A stretch of 64,000 nt of DNA, from positions 230,640,001-230,704,000 of the forward strand of contig OZ024743.1 of assembly GCA_964016885.1 (NCBI GenBank), in the 5' to 3' direction. Source of the stretch: Eledone cirrhosa (lineage: Eukaryota). The translations under genes and the position numbers were made by a program. The notes under the pieces are model-generated. The model was not told where the DNA came from. It made no database searches and saw nothing but the letters and a program-made list of their open reading frames with translations. Positions 10,308 through 21,292 of the stretch are shown here, in pieces; positions within the stretch are counted from its first letter, which is position 1, and each line of letters opens with the position of its first letter.

Positions 10308-13067
10308 ATGGAAAAATTTGAACAGAGACAAAACAGAGAGGCAGTACAACGAATGTTTATTAATTTCACGCTCTGGAGAGTGGGGTGTTGGTGGGGACGA
10401 CGTTTCGGGAATAAGCCCTTCCTCAGGTGAGAAGTGTGTGGGAACAGAGTTCAAAGAGTGTGTAGGGGAGTGGTGGAGAGACATATAGCGAAAGGAAACG
10501 GTGCGAATGAAAAAATAAAAAATAAAGATAAAAATAAAAATAAAGCATGATCAAAATACAAGGAATGAGATAAATTTAAAAATAAAGGCATGATCAAAAT
10601 AAACTTAAATTAAAAGGGGGGTAAACAGGTGGTGGAAGGGTGTGGGGTGTGTAGGGGTGGTGGCGGGTGGAGTGGGTAAAGGGAGACGGAGTGTCCGAGC
10701 GGGGAGGGCTGAAGGTGGTGTGTGTGTAGGTGTGCTTGTGTGTGTGTGTGTGTATGTGATAGTACGGGTTGGGGGAAGAACGGGGTTGCATGTTCAGGAA
10801 GAGGTGTGTGTGGGGGGGGGGGGGGTCGGAGTGTCTGTACGTGTGTGGATAGAGGGGTAGGGGGAGAGGAATCAGAAGGCTGAGGGTGTAAATATGTGGT
10901 GGAAAGCACGTGTGTGTGTGGTTTAAGCGTGTTGTGGGTGTAGGTGGCGTGTGGAGAAAAAAATTGTTTTGGGGTGTGTGTGTGGGTGAGTTATATAGGT
11001 GATTACGTAAGAGGATGGTTGAAAATTGGTAAATTCCGAAGATGTTTAGTGGATTGGTTGTTGGTCAATTTCTGCGTGTGGGTATTCCATGAAGCGATGG
11101 TCGGAAGAGGAGAGACGTGGGGTGCGTGCGCAACAGGAAGTGGTCAGCAGTGGGAGTGCTGTGGTCTGTTTGTGCTGGGAGGTGGTCAGAGGGCATAGCA
11201 GCAGTCGGTGGAATCGTAAAGGGGCGAGGATGGGTAGGTGTGAAAGTTGGAGTGAAGAGGGTGTGTGTGTGTGTATTAGTAGGAGTGTTAGTGGGATGAG
11301 TGAGTGTGGAGAGAGGGTGTGGGTGGAGCGGGGAGAGAAGGGTGTGTGTGGTTCTATGGAGGGAGTGTGGTGTACTGGTGTGTGTGTAGTTTGATGAAGA
11401 GGTGTTAGTGGGGGTTAGTATACGGGTGGTGGGGAGGGGTTGAATGCAGGTGTGAGTGGGGGTTAGTGGTGGTAGGGTGTGTATAGTTGGTGGTGTACGG
11501 GGGTGTGTGGGTACGTGTGCGTGGGGTTGGAGGATGTTAGTGACGTTAGTTGCGTGTGGGGTGGGTGGTGTAAGTGGGTGCGTGTGTTCGTGTGCTTGGG
11601 GTTCGGGGGTGTTAGTGAGGTTATTTGCGGGGTGGTGGGATAGAGGTGTGGGGGTGAGGGTTAGTGGTGATAGTATGGTGTGTGTTTAGTGTGAGCGCGT
11701 GTATATATGTGCCGGTGGGTGTGTGCGTGTGATAAGGAGGGGGAGGATGAGGAGAGAGGAGGGAAGGGATGTTCGTATGTTAGTTGGAGAAGGGTGGTCA
11801 GATGAGGGGTGAAGTGGAGGTATTAGTATTGTTAGTTGTGGGGTGGGCGGTGAAAAGGAGGGGTGTGTTAGTGGTGTTAGTGGGGGATAAGTGTGGGGTG
11901 AGGGGGGCGAAGGAAGGCTAAAGGAATAAGGGTGGGGAGTTCAGGCCGGGGGGAGTGTGGGTCTGTAAGATGAAGATAGTTCGTTGTTCGACCGTAAGGC
12001 GGTTGGCGGGTGTTCCGTGGCATTGGAGTAGGCCACAGACTGTGAGATGACGTGCAGAATGTCCAGGGCCACCAAAGTGGCGGGCGATGGGGGAACTGCC
12101 CCCGAGACGAATATCCCGGAGGTGCTCAGTGAATCGGTCCGCCAGGCGACGTCCGGTCTGTCCGACATAAGTCCGTAGACTGGGTTGGAGGAGGTGCAGC
12201 GGAAGGCATGCCGGACCGAGAGAGAGTGGCCGTTGTGACCCTGGAAGGTGGTGGTGTTGGTGATGTGGGGACAGGTGTTGCAGCGGGGCCTAGAACAGGG
12301 AAAGGAACCGGGGGGGGAACAGAGCGTGGGTGAGAAGGGTGCGGAGATTGCGTGCGCGTTTGAAGGAGGGGAGTGGTGGGGTTGGGAAAATATGGGAGGT
12401 GGAAGGGACGGACTGGACGCGTCGGAAGAGGCGGCGGATGGTGCGGTGGAGGGGTAATGTGGCGGGGTTGTAGGTGATTGGGAAGGGGAGACGGTGGGTG
12501 GGTGTGCGGTGGCGTGGGGTGAGGGTGGTGGAGCGGGGGACAGCACGGGCGCGGGTGAGAGCGGTGTGGACGAGAGGGGGGGGGGTAACCTCTGCGGATG
12601 AAATGGCTGACTAGGGAAAGGGCCTGGGACTCAAAGTCAGCATCACGGCTACAGAGGCGGCGGATCCTGAGAAGTTGGGAGTAGGGAATGGAGTGTTTAG
12701 TGTGGGTGGGGTGGGAAGAGGTGAAGTTGAGGTAAGAGTGGGAGTCGGTGGGTTTGAAGAAGGTGGAGGTGACGAGGGAGTGGTGGGAGGGGTCGAAGGC
12801 GACGGAGATGTCTAAGAAGTGAACGTGGGTGGTGGAGATAGAGGTGGTGAAGTGGAGGGAGGGGTGGAAGGAGCAGAAGAAGGAGAGAAAGGAGTCGAGC
12901 TGTTCTCGGGTGAGGGTCGTGGCTCCGATACAGTCGTCAATGTAACGACCGTACAGTTCGGGCGTGGGGCCGGTGTACTGGGCAAAGATTTGGGCCTCAA
13001 CATGGCCAACAAAAAGGTTGGCATAGTTCGGGCCCATTCTTGTACCCATGGCTACCCCCGTGACCTG
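10308..13067 (-). mobile_element. Penelope-like element (RT + GIY-YIG), 5'-truncated, with long C-rich 3' region, between two (TA)n tracts
   Basis: MGTRMGPNYANLF...RYIDD...FLDI...KPTDSHSYL..SSHP at 12126-13049. Then CSRPRCNTCPH, SSNPVY and YVGQTGRRLADRFTEH (frameshifted, with a deletion between GIY and YIG). Hammerhead near the 3' end. Confidence 0.9.
10397..10429 (-). ncRNA. Minimal hammerhead motif in PLE pLTR
   Basis: Minus strand reads AC-CUGAGGA-AGGG-CUUAUU-CCC-GAAA-CG-UC-GU; stem I is very short. Confidence 0.65.
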
Positions 13068-13111
<44 letters not shown>

Positions 13112-13485
13112 GAACTTAAATAAAGCACATGCTCGATAACCAGAACCCAAATCCGTCTCACGGAAACGATGTAATCACCAATTAAACTAATCCAAAACCT
13201 ATCCTGCTTAACGACCCGATAAAACCTGCTATCATCCATTATCCTAATCCAAACAATATCCTGTTTAACGAATCAATATATCTGCACAAAGTAACTAATT
13301 ACAGCTACACGCCCAGTAATTAAACAACCAATTAAAACCGAATAGAAACTCACAGGGCACAATTCAAAACCAGCTACAAGATTATGCACGATAGGAAACC
13401 CCGCATGTTAATTATAATAAGGATTTGAAAACAAAAGCTAGATTAAAGCATATATAAACATCACGGAATGATATTATTAAGCAAA

Positions 13486-13677
13486 GGGCGGTGGATTGGC
13501 AGTATCAGTAAAGGGTCGGACGCCATGCTTTGACGCATAGAGTTACGTCCCTTTCCATTCCGAGTTCAAATCGCGCCGAGGTTAACTTTTCCTTTCATCC
13601 TTACGGGGTCGATAAAATAAAGTACCAGTAATGCACTGGATAATTGCTGGCCTTGTGCCAAAAGTAGAAACAATTAT
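13486..13677 (+). mobile_element. tRNA-derived SINE family 1, full length
   Basis: GGGCGGTGGATTGGCAG...GAGTTCAAATC...GTAGAAACAATTAT; A/B-box-like head; multicopy in the window. Confidence 0.85.
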
Positions 13678-14040
13678 GAAGCAAATCTCAAATCAGAAAT
13701 TTATTTCATCTTATGCAAAATTATAGGCAAAAGCCGAAAAACCATAATACATAATCTCCTTATAATATATAACCAGCAATTTCTCTGTCTGTCCGACAGT
13801 GGAAACACGTGCGTGCGTGGTTGCTATATATATCTCTCTCTCTCTCTCCAGCTATCCCTCTCTTTTAGTCTGTCTGATTCTCTCACTCTCACTCTTTCTC
13901 TTTGTAACACAATAACATTCCTCCCCTCTATCGCTTTGACGAATGGGGAGATGGAGGTGGAGGAGGAGAGAGTCACTAATTCACTTCACCTCTGCCTTTC
14001 TTTCTCTCCCCTCTCACTCCCTCATTACGTACAGACATTA

Positions 14041-14234
14041 GGGCGGTGGATTGGCAGAATCTGTAGAGAGTCGGACACCATGCTTCATAGCATGGAGTTA
14101 CGTGCCTTTACGGTCTGAGTTCAAATACCTCCGAGGTTAACTTTGCCTTTCATCCTCACGGGGTCGATAAAATAACGCACCAGTAATGTACTGGGTATTT
14201 GCTGGCCTTGTGCCAAAAGTAGAAACAATTATTA
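14041..14234 (+). mobile_element. tRNA-derived SINE family 1, full length
   Basis: Homologous to 13486-13677. Confidence 0.85.
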
Positions 14235-14351
14235 GAAACATTGCTTCATTTTTACATATCTAAGCATTAGTAAAATAACTAAAAATTCAAAAAGTAATTT
14301 TTCAATTCCAATTCTTATGGACAGCAAAACGTTAATAATAATTTTGTTCTG

Positions 14352-14618
14352 AGAAATATATATACATTTCTGTGTGTGTAATATATATATATATATACAC
14401 AGAAATATATATACATTTCTGTGTGTGTAATATATATATACACACACAGAAATATATATATATACACACAAAAATATATATACATTTCTGTGTGTGTAAT
14501 ATATATATATATACACACACAGAAATATATATACATTTCTGTGTGTGTAATATATATATACACACACAGAAATATATATATATACACACAAAAATATATA
14601 TACATTTCTGTGTGTGTA

Positions 14619-14654
<36 letters not shown>
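14352..14654. repeat. Palindromic minisatellite (ACACAGAAATATATATACATTTCTGTGT with TA/CA tracts)
   Basis: Repeats several times and resumes at 16466-16558 on the other side of the 310-bp array. Confidence 0.85.
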
Positions 14655-14660
<6 letters not shown>

Positions 14661-14813
14661 ATAAATGCTCTGAAATAGCGATATATATGTGAATATAGAC
14701 ATAGAATATTCGAAAATATTCTGTATGTTTATAATAAACATTTTGAAGACCTAATCGCTATAGAATAGAATACGTCACGTATTACAATTAGATTCTCGAT
14801 AAAAGCAAGGGAA

Positions 14814-14856
14814 GTAATCTACGCGTTTCATTCTTGTTAGAAATCATCAGGACTAC
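14814..14856 (-). ncRNA. Type I hammerhead ribozyme (unit 1)
   Basis: GUAGUC-CUGAUGA-UUUCU-AACA-AGAAU-GAAA-CGCG-UA-GAUUAC. Stem I has 6 bp and is extended by a 16-bp helix (14792-14807/14865-14880). Confidence 0.88.
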
Positions 14857-15123
14857 ATATCCAGTGCTTTTATCGAGAATGACACAGCTAGAGACTTATA
14901 GAATACTTAGCTGTGTACAGGAACTGGTTTGAAAGAGCGGTTGCCGGTCCGGCAGAAATTAGAAATTGGAATAAATGCTCTGAAATAGCGATATATATGT
15001 GAATATAGACATAGAATATTCGAAAATATTCTGTATGTTTATAATAAACATTTTGAAGACCTAATCGCTATAGAATAGAATACGTCACGTATTACAATTA
15101 GATTCTCGATAAAAGCAAGGGAA

Positions 15124-15166
15124 GTAATCTACGCGTTTCATTCTTGTTAGAAATCATCAGGACTAC
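15124..15166 (-). ncRNA. Type I hammerhead ribozyme (unit 2)
   Basis: Identical to unit 1. Confidence 0.88.
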
Positions 15167-15433
15167 ATATCCAGTGCTTTTATCGAGAATGACACAGCTA
15201 GAGACTTATAGAATACTTAGCTGTGTACAGGAACTGGTTTGAAAGAGCGGTTGCCGGTCCGGCAGAAATTAGAAATTGGAATAAATGCTCTGAAATAGCG
15301 ATATATATGTGAATATAGACATAGAATATTCGAAAATATTCTGTATGTTTATAATAAACATTTTGAAGACCTAATCGCTATAGAATAGAATACGTCACGT
15401 ATTACAATTAGATTCTCGATAAAAGCAAGGGAA

Positions 15434-15476
15434 GTAATCTACGCGTTTCATTCTTGTTAGAAATCATCAGGACTAC
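15434..15476 (-). ncRNA. Type I hammerhead ribozyme (unit 3)
   Basis: Identical to unit 1. Confidence 0.88.
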
Positions 15477-15743
15477 ATATCCAGTGCTTTTATCGAGAAT
15501 GACACAGCTAGAGACTTATAGAATACTTAGCTGTGTACAGGAACTGGTTTGAAAGAGCGGTTGCCGGTCCGGCAGAAATTAGAAATTGGAATAAATGCTC
15601 TGAAATAGCGATATATATGTGAATATAGACATAGAATATTCGAAAATATTCTGTATGTTTATAATAAACATTTTGAAGACCTAATCGCTATAGAATAGAA
15701 TACGTCACGTATTACAATTAGATTCTCGATAAAAGCAAGGGAA

Positions 15744-15786
15744 GTAATCTACGCGTTTCATTCTTGTTAGAAATCATCAGGACTAC
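15744..15786 (-). ncRNA. Type I hammerhead ribozyme (unit 4)
   Basis: Identical to unit 1. Confidence 0.88.
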
Positions 15787-16053
15787 ATATCCAGTGCTTT
15801 TATCGAGAATGACACAGCTAGAGACTTATAGAATACTTAGCTGTGTACAGGAACTGGTTTGAAAGAGCGGTTGCCGGTCCGGCAGAAATTAGAAATTGGA
15901 ATAAATGCTCTGAAATAGCGATATATATGTGAATATAGACATAGAATATTCGAAAATATTCTGTATGTTTATAATAAACATTTTGAAGACCTAATCGCTA
16001 TAGAATAGAATACGTCACGTATTACAATTAGATTCTCGATAAAAGCAAGGGAA

Positions 16054-16096
16054 GTAATCTACGCGTTTCATTCTTGTTAGAAATCATCAGGACTAC
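16054..16096 (-). ncRNA. Type I hammerhead ribozyme (unit 5)
   Basis: Identical to unit 1. Confidence 0.88.
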
Positions 16097-16319
16097 ATAT
16101 CCAGTGCTTTTATCGAGAATGACACAGCTAGAGGCTTATAGAATACTTAGCTGTGTACAGGAACTGGTTTGAAAGAGCGGTTGCCGGTCCGGCAGAAATT
16201 AGAAATTGGAATAAATGCTCTGAAATAGCGATATATATGTGAATATAGACATAGAATATTCGAAAATATTCTGTATGTTTATAATAAACATTTTGAAGAC
16301 CTAATCGCTATAGAATAGA

Positions 16320-16459
16320 TCTAACAAGAATGAAACGCGTAGATTACTTCCCTTGCTTTTATCGAGAATCTAATTGTAATACGTGACGTATTCTATTCTA
16401 TAGCGATTAGGTCTTCAAAATGTTTATTATAAACATACAGAATATTTTCGAATATTCTA

Positions 16460-16467
<8 letters not shown>
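16320..16467 (+). repeat. Inverted partial copy of the 310-bp unit, beginning inside hammerhead stem II
   Basis: TCTAACAAGAATGAAACGCGTAGATTAC...TATGTCTATAT is the reverse complement of unit positions ~14694-14841. Confidence 0.93.
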
Positions 16468-16501
<34 letters not shown>

Positions 16502-17521
16502 GAAATATATATACATTTCTCTGTGTGTAATATATATATATATACACACAGAAATATATGGGCATTTCTCTGTTTGTCTGTCTGTCTGTCTCTCTGTCTG
16601 TCTCTCCTTCCCTAAAACTCAAATCTAGGTGCTACAGAAATATTACCTTCCCCTTTCTTTCTCCGAGGGAATCGCTGGTTGCTATAGAGACACCATGCAG
16701 AAGCCAGAAGTAACCAGTTCGAGGCGGTTCTGACTTGACACCATGCCAAGGACCATTTGAAGATATATTTCCATCGCTATATCATAACGTTTATGTATCA
16801 TAACGTTTATATTTCCGTCACTAATCTCTTTTTCTCCTTTTTCGTTTTAACATATTAAAGGAAACAGCTGTGTTTCTCATTGTTGTGTATAAGTTACCAG
16901 ATTTAGTTGAAGATGTAAATTCCCATTTAGCGGAGAAGTATATTTCAGAAGTTGTAATGTTGCCACGAGGAACCAGGTTTGGTAGAGAGATATGATAGGA
17001 ATATCAACAACGACTTTAGCTTGGTTTTACATTATTTATTAACAGAGGTTGAGCTGGCATGCCAAGAGAAATGAAATAATTCAATTAAGATTACAAGAGA
17101 AAATACGGGCGACTGGCTGAAGGCGTTTGGCCAGGCTCGTAGGTAATGTTTTGTCGTTACATACTGTTTGCGCTGGCGGAGCAAAAGAACAAGCGGTTTT
17201 TACTTAGCATGGTAAAGCCTTGAACTGTTGGCGTTCTCAAATCTTTGCGGGCTATTTCTCCCTCAGAACGCGTAGGGATAATCCTCTTCTACTGGCGCTG
17301 ATTGGCTGAGCTGAGCCAAATCACGCACAGAGAATGTATGTGAGCCCGCGGAATGTAGGTCACTACAATATATTTATTTCAAAGATTTCACCGTATAGAT
17401 AACATATATATTTATACATGCATAAAAGACACACCGAGAGACGGTGAACATGTGGTGCCGAAAACATTTCTCATCCAAATCTCAACAATATCAGTATATA
17501 CACTAGATGGTTTTCTGCTAG

Positions 17522-18438
17522 TCTATATATATAAAACAGAGGATGTCTGTGTGTGTGTCTGTTTCCCTAAAACTCGAGAAATACCCAACCGTTTTTTTTC
17601 AAACTTTACACATGTAACCCATATGGCCCGGAAGTGTTTTGAGCAAAAAAAAATATTCTGATCTAGCATTGGGCGATTTAGCGAAGCTTTCTCTTTCTCT
17701 TAGTCTTTCTCTTTTTATATAGATACATAGATATGACGTCGCGCCTTCATAATATCTGTCTGTATTCCAGGCTGTCTGCATTACGACATTATGATGTGAT
17801 CAGTGTGTGTGTGTATATATGTATATGTATAGTGTGTGCGTGTGTGTGTATATATATTCTTATGCCAGGGAGCGTCTTCACGAACCAAAGTATCGTCTTC
17901 CTGTTTTCCTTCGGTTGCAACGTTTTTCGAAATATTTATATCTGCGTTCACAGATTGATTTTTTTAGTTTCAGAAGATCCCGTTAAGGTTGAAAGCAGCG
18001 ATTCTTTGCTTAAACATTAATATATTATTTTAATATAGATATTCGTGTACAGACGTTTTTGCATACACAAAAACAAAATATAAACAAACAAGGCCAACAA
18101 TTACATCAGTTAGCCTTAGTGTACTTCATACTGCTTTTAGGTAGAATATTCCGTCAAGGGTGAAAGCAGCGATTCATTTTCTGCGTTCACAGATTGATTT
18201 TTTTAGTTTCAGAAGATCCCGTTTAGTGTGAAAGCAGTGATTCTTCGCTTAAACTTTAATCTGTTATTTTAATATATATATATATATATTTATATATTCG
18301 TGTACAGATATTTTTGCATACACAATAACAAAATATAAACAAACGTATTTATTTCACGAGGCTCGATAAGGATAAATATATATCAAATATAAAAGAACCC
18401 TAGAGCAAATCCCGAGCAACGCCGGGCCATTCTGCTAG
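17522..18438 (+). mobile_element. Non-autonomous Helitron
   Basis: 5' TCTATATATATAAAA with GTCTGT tract; 3' GC-rich hairpin CCCGAGCAACGCCGGG, then 7 nt, then GCTAG. Confidence 0.72.
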
Positions 18439-18730
18439 TCCATATATATAAAACTGAGATGTCTGTCTGTGTGTGAGTTTGAATCCCTAAAACTAGAGAA
18501 GCACCAAACCCACTGTTTTCAAACTTTACACATGTAGTACTTATGTTTCAGGGAGTGTTCTGAGCAAAAACAAATTCAAATGTTCAATGCCCTAGGGACC
18601 GCATTAGGCGATTTAGCGATCTCTCTCTATAATTCTTAGTTTTTCTCTTTTTAGATAGCTACATACATATAACGTCGCGCCCTTATAATATCTGTCTTTA
18701 TGTCTGGTGTCTGCATTACGTCACTTCCTA
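18439..18730 (+). mobile_element. Second Helitron copy (5' part), head-to-tail with the first
   Basis: CTAG|TCCATATATATAAAA junction; homologous to 17522-17790. Confidence 0.68.
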
Positions 18731-19145
18731 CAATTCGCTGTGCGTCCAGAACGCGCCCTTATAATATATGTCTGTATGTCTGGCTGTCGGCTGCCTGCAG
18801 TTATTCCGACACCCTTGCTCAAGACAAATCTCACACTCACTCCCCACACAGTTGGTAAGTGCACACAACTTCTTCCTCCCATTTTAAGCCACAGTGTTGC
18901 TTACTTACGTACCACCAGACCCTTACTTCATTGCAAGTCGTGGTTGTGGCAATACTAAGCTTAGCTAAGGCGGTTATATATTTCACAATACCTTATCCTG
19001 TGCTACTATACAATATAATCAGCTAAAGAAAAGTATTGAACTATCGTCTCACTCGAACAGTCTCGAATATAATTTCCGTCCAACGAAGGATCAAGCTTGA
19101 AAATCATATAAACACAAAAGCATCCACATGCACGCACATACAAAA

Positions 19146-19181
<36 letters not shown>

Positions 19182-19230
19182 AACACACACATACACACAC
19201 ACAAACAAACAAACACACACACACACACAC

Positions 19231-19284
<54 letters not shown>

Positions 19285-19465
19285 CTTCCCTGCTACATCC
19301 ACTATTAATGGTGACACTGCTAAGGTCAGTAAGAGTGAGAGTAAGAAGACTACAGAAAAAAATGGGAACTTTTCTCGGTATATATATGTATGTAAAACAT
19401 TTTTTCCCATATTCATATTCTTCTTATTAATATGCAATTTAATTACATTATACACTTCCGTCGTC

Positions 19466-19494
19466 TGAAGAAGCCTACACGCTGAAACCGGTAT
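19466..19494 (+). ncRNA. Degenerate minimal hammerhead core in a (TA)n-flanked PLE-end-like fragment (19281-19595)
   Basis: CUGAAGA-AGC-CUACAC-GCU-GAAA-CCGG-UA; stem I is poorly paired. Confidence 0.45.
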
Positions 19495-19604
19495 AAATAA
19501 TGCGGCCATTCCTATTTTGTAAATAGATGTTTTGATGTTATTCATCAAGAAAATCTCTTTAGCATTTTCTAGTGTTTTTTGTCTTTTTTACTATTATATA
19601 AATA

Positions 19605-19642
<38 letters not shown>

Positions 19643-19643
19643 A

Positions 19644-19745
<102 letters not shown>

Positions 19746-20274
19746 TCCGCCACCCCTCTGACCCCTCCCCATCCACACGCACGCACTCACCGACCTACAC
19801 CCCACCCCACACACACACACACCTTTTTCCTGAACATGGAGCCTCGTTCTTCCCCCAACTCTCACATTCGCATACACACACACACACACACACACACGCA
19901 CACCTACACACATACACCACCTTCAACCCTCCCCACTCGGACACCCCGCCTCCCTCTCCCCACTCCACCCGCCACCACCCACACACGGCCCACAGCCTTC
20001 CACCACATGTTTACCTTCATGTTTATTTTTATTTTTATTGTTTTTATTTTGTACAACTTCCACCGTTTTTCCTCCCTTTCCTCTCCCCCTTTTTTTCTAA
20101 ATGTCTCTCCTCCACTCCTCTACACACCCTCGTAACTCTCTTCCCACCCACTTTTCGCATGAAGAAGGGCTTATGCCCAAAATGTCGCCCCCTCCCCCAC
20201 TCTCAAGAGCGTGAAACTAATAAACCTTTGTTTGTACTGCCTCTCTGTTTTGTTCCCGTTCCATTTTTCACTAT
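19746..20274 (+). mobile_element. 3' (pLTR) fragment of the Penelope family at 10308-13067
   Basis: Homologous to the reverse complement of ~10310-10880. Degenerate hammerhead ATGAAGAAGGGCTTATGCCCAAAATGTC at ~20159-20186. Flanked by (TA)n on both sides. Confidence 0.8.
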
Positions 20275-20305
20275 TTATATATATATATATATGTATATAT
20301 ATATG

Positions 20306-20336
<31 letters not shown>

Positions 20337-20337
20337 G

Positions 20338-20368
<31 letters not shown>

Positions 20369-20864
20369 GTATATATATATATATATATGGAAAAAAGATG
20401 AATTCGAAGATGCAACTGGAGTCTTTTTTTTTTAATATATTTATTTGGTTCCTTTACCAGTTGCATTTTCGATTTCAACTTTTCTCCTTATATTTTCACT
20501 CGTGTTGGATAAAGGTTCTCAACGGGGGGCAAATTTCCCCCTTCCCCTCCGCGGGGGGGGGGGCGTTAATAGCCCCAGGGGGGCGTTATGCAGTAAGGGG
20601 CGTTTGACACTTTGAGGGCGCTAGAAGCCCTTTTAGTTTGGTAAGCTTTATAAGTCATATTTGTACGTCTCTTAGACAGTCAATAATTTGAATGAAGAAA
20701 ACAAAGAAAATAAATTAAAGAAGTTTGTCAACGAATTCCCTAGGGAGATAATAGAAAATCGAAAGAAATCAAAGTGAATGGCAGTAAGGACTACTTCAAC
20801 AGAAATGACAAGAAGAAGCAATGGTGGTGAACATACACACACATACATACATACATACATACAT

Positions 20865-20895
<31 letters not shown>

Positions 20896-21113
20896 TATAT
20901 ACACATACATACACACACACACATATATATACACACAGGCCGGCGTTAGTGTTTGTTGAAGTTGTGAACCTGGCCAGCTTTCAGCAAGAAGTGTGGTATT
21001 TAAACTCGCTAGGTAATAAAATCTGGCGACAAAATGTTCTCCTTACCAAAAAAAGAAGACATAGATCATATCAACTTCCTTACACACTTAAATATAAATG
21101 AATGTATATATAA

Positions 21114-21292
21114 CTGTTTCTACTTTAGGCACAAGGCCAGCAATTACCCAGTGCATTACTGGTACTTTATTTTATCGACCCCGTAAGGATGAAAGGCAAA
21201 GTCAACCTCGGCGGGATTTGAACTCAGATCATAAAGGGACGTAACTATGCTGGAAAGCATGGCGTCAAACCCTCTACCGATACTGCCAAACG
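21114..21292 (-). mobile_element. tRNA-derived SINE family 1
   Basis: Reverse complement of the family consensus. Confidence 0.85.

Larger units (their letters stand above)
14655..16318 (-). repeat. Tandem array of 310-bp units (5.4 copies), each with a hammerhead ribozyme; retrozyme-like
   Basis: Unit starts at 14655, 14965, 15275, 15585, 15895 and 16205. Units are identical except one A>G seen at ~16134. Confidence 0.95.

Noticed and set aside
13486-13580. tRNA gene (also 29412-29485)
   Set aside because: A/B-box-like heads continue into multicopy SINE bodies; no clean cloverleaf or anticodon arm.
14655-16318. CRISPR array or ordinary satellite
   Set aside because: No unique spacers, no cas genes and a eukaryotic context; the units are identical and carry a ribozyme fold.
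20513-20610. hAT-like MITE terminus (GGTTCTCAACGGGGGGC...)
   Set aside because: Only one end-like motif; no partner TIR or TSD found.
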